A DNA stretch of 63,064 nucleotides, counting the filler, from Olpidium bornovanus S191 (lineage: Eukaryota > Fungi > Olpidiomycota), in assembly GCA_017911155.1 (NCBI GenBank). It is 26 parts of 26 records of this genome, joined end to end, with 100 filler letters (N's around TTAATTAATTAA, not from the genome) between each part and the next. Parts side by side here need not be neighbours in the genome. Positions count along the whole stretch, not along the records: positions 61,229 to 63,064 come from JAEFCI010012312.1; 25 more parts are not named here. One strand, given 5' to 3'. The notes beneath the pieces are model-generated. The model was not told the DNA's origin. It searched no databases and was given only the letters and a program-made list of their open reading frames with translations. The position numbers were made by a program, and so were the translations under genes. Below are positions 61,129-63,064 of this stretch, in pieces. Position 1 is the stretch's first letter. Each line of letters starts with the position of its first letter.

Positions 61129-61678
61129 NNNNNNNNNNNNNNNNNNNNNNNNNNNNNNNNNNNNNNNNNNNNTTAATTAATTAANNNNNNNNNNNNNNNN
61201 NNNNNNNNNNNNNNNNNNNNNNNNNNNNCATGCAGCGGGATTAGCGACGCATTCGGGCGCGCTCGGAAAGCGGAAATTTTGGATGAAGCAAGTGTCCGAG
61301 CCAACTGCGACTACGGATGAGCAGTTTTATGTGGTGTGGGTCTCCTGGGCGTTAGCAGGTCTCCTGGGAGTTGCAGGAGGACGCTGCCGGCTGGCAATGT
61401 CGCCCGCTTCGGCTGGTAACGTGCCGCCCGCGTCCCATCGCAACAAGAGCTCACCCGGGCGTCGCGGGTGGCGTGCCAGGCGGCGGAGGCGCGCATTCAA
61501 GGGGGCCGCGGGGGCGCCCGAACCCGCCCCCCCACCCAAATAGTCACGTGACCACGAAGACGCCTGTCGTTTAACAGGGAAGCGGAAGGAACACCCTTCC
61601 CCTTTCCCACAAATAACAACAACCGAAACCAAAACCAAAAAAAAAAAAAAAAAAAAAAAAAGACAAAAAAAAAAAAAA

Positions 61679-61720
<42 letters not shown>

Positions 61721-63064
61721 CAAACAAACAAAAAGCCGAAACGGCGGCACCGCACGGACGGGAAAAAGCCCCGCCAAAAAAAAAACCCCCATTCCCAGCC
61801 CTGTCCGAAACCCCCCCCCTTCCCCCACAGCGGAGCAAAAAGGTCAAGGGCCGTGCGTTTCAGCCGTCGGGCAGGACAGGGCAAGAGAGAGAGAGTGTGT
61901 GCGAAAGCCAAAACCCAGGTGAGCGAGGCGAGCCCGGAAAATAACGCCGTTGAAGCTCTTGTGGGGACAAGGAGGATGATGATTTTGGATAATAGAGTCA
62001 AGCACTGACACGGAGGGGGGCGAAGCAAAGACTACCCGTCTCCGGTGATGAGTGCTAGCGTATACGAAACTGACCTTTTCTTTGGGAGACCGGCGCGAGA
62101 GGCGAGCGGGCGCACCCGTGGTTGTCGGCGTTATGGAGACTTACCGCCGTTTCGCCTTCGTTTTTGTTCCTGCTCTGCACAGGTTTCGAAAAGCCTGCGA
62201 TTCCGACGGCGAGTTCTTGACGGCAAGGATTTGCTCATCGGGTCACGGCGTTCGAGACAACCTTTTTGCCGTGCTGGGCACAAGGGTTTTGCTAACCGGC
62301 GGGGTTACGTTTATGCTGTGAGCGCGCCTGTTTGATTGTTTCGCTATTTTTTTAAATTTTCCACCCGTTTGAGCGCGGGAATATATGAGTGCGGCTGTTG
62401 TGCGAGCTTTAAGCCCTTTAGCGTGGGGAGTGCGTGGGAATGTGCGAGAGTGAAGGTGGCCACCCTCCGGACAGTGCCGACATATGTGGAGTTATTTCGG
62501 TGCTTTTTTTTCGTCCGTTCCGTTTGGCCTCACGTCCGCTGTGCCGTTCGTGGTGACGGAAACTCAAACCACGGGGATTTCGGCTCTTTCGGAAATGCAC
62601 AAGGCTGTAGTAGTGGTGCCCCTCGCGCAGCGCCCGCGTTCCTCTTCGGTTCTTCTGCTTCTTTCTGGCTCCAAAACTCCGCAAATTGCCCGTCCGCCCT
62701 CACCTCCCCGACGGAAAGCGAGCGCTTTTGAATACTCCCCGCTGAATCTAATTGTCTAATTATAACGTGGATGGAGGAAACGGAAGAGGAAAAAAGGAAA
62801 GGAATGAACCGGATGATAGGGAGGGCAAAACGGAAAAACGCGATACTGTTTACACTTTGCGGAAAGCGATAAGCAAAATTACCTTCAACAGCAAAAAAAG
62901 GGACGGACGACGGACGGGATTAGTCAAGTAACTCCCAAGCAGATGCGGGTATACCGAAACTGCCGGGAGAATCCGGTGCGGCTATCTCGGGACTGTCGAG
63001 AGAGTCCGCGTGCGCGTCGCTTGCTTCCTCCGCTGACATCCCGTCGAGGCCGAGGTCGGCCATG

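Overview
This is intron-rich, GC-rich eukaryotic DNA, most likely fungal: it carries an IKS1 kinase, an NsdD-type GATA factor and a BIO3-BIO1 fusion. A U12 intron and a stathmin-like gene point to an early-diverging, probably zoosporic lineage (Olpidium-like is my unverified guess). It is not one locus. It is 26 short contigs joined by 25 artificial N-TTAATTAATTAA-N spacers; genes cut at a spacer do not continue in the next contig, and about 22 of the 52 contig ends carry CATG. Recognisable genes, mostly partial: WDR89-like, CAB2/PPCS, prephenate dehydratase, mitochondrial-type LysRS, eIF3m, IKS1, MED6, GATA/NsdD-like, SPT6, BIO3-BIO1, an SSXT-like protein, NUS1, EDC4, a DUF2358 protein and histone H4. 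Decayed and nested Ty1/copia and Ty3/gypsy elements are abundant. Highlights: (1) an AT-AC minor-spliceosome (U12-type) intron in CAB2; (2) a stathmin-like gene that aligns almost without gaps to animal stathmin; (3) a PB1 domain fused to an NAD kinase; (4) a PNKP/aprataxin-type FHA fused to an HMG box; (5) an LTR family shared by copia pol fragments and a Ty3-type gag, found three times just upstream of host genes; (6) a GG instead of GT splice donor in histone H4. All homology calls come from motif recognition by eye; no searches were run. Exon boundaries were inferred manually.
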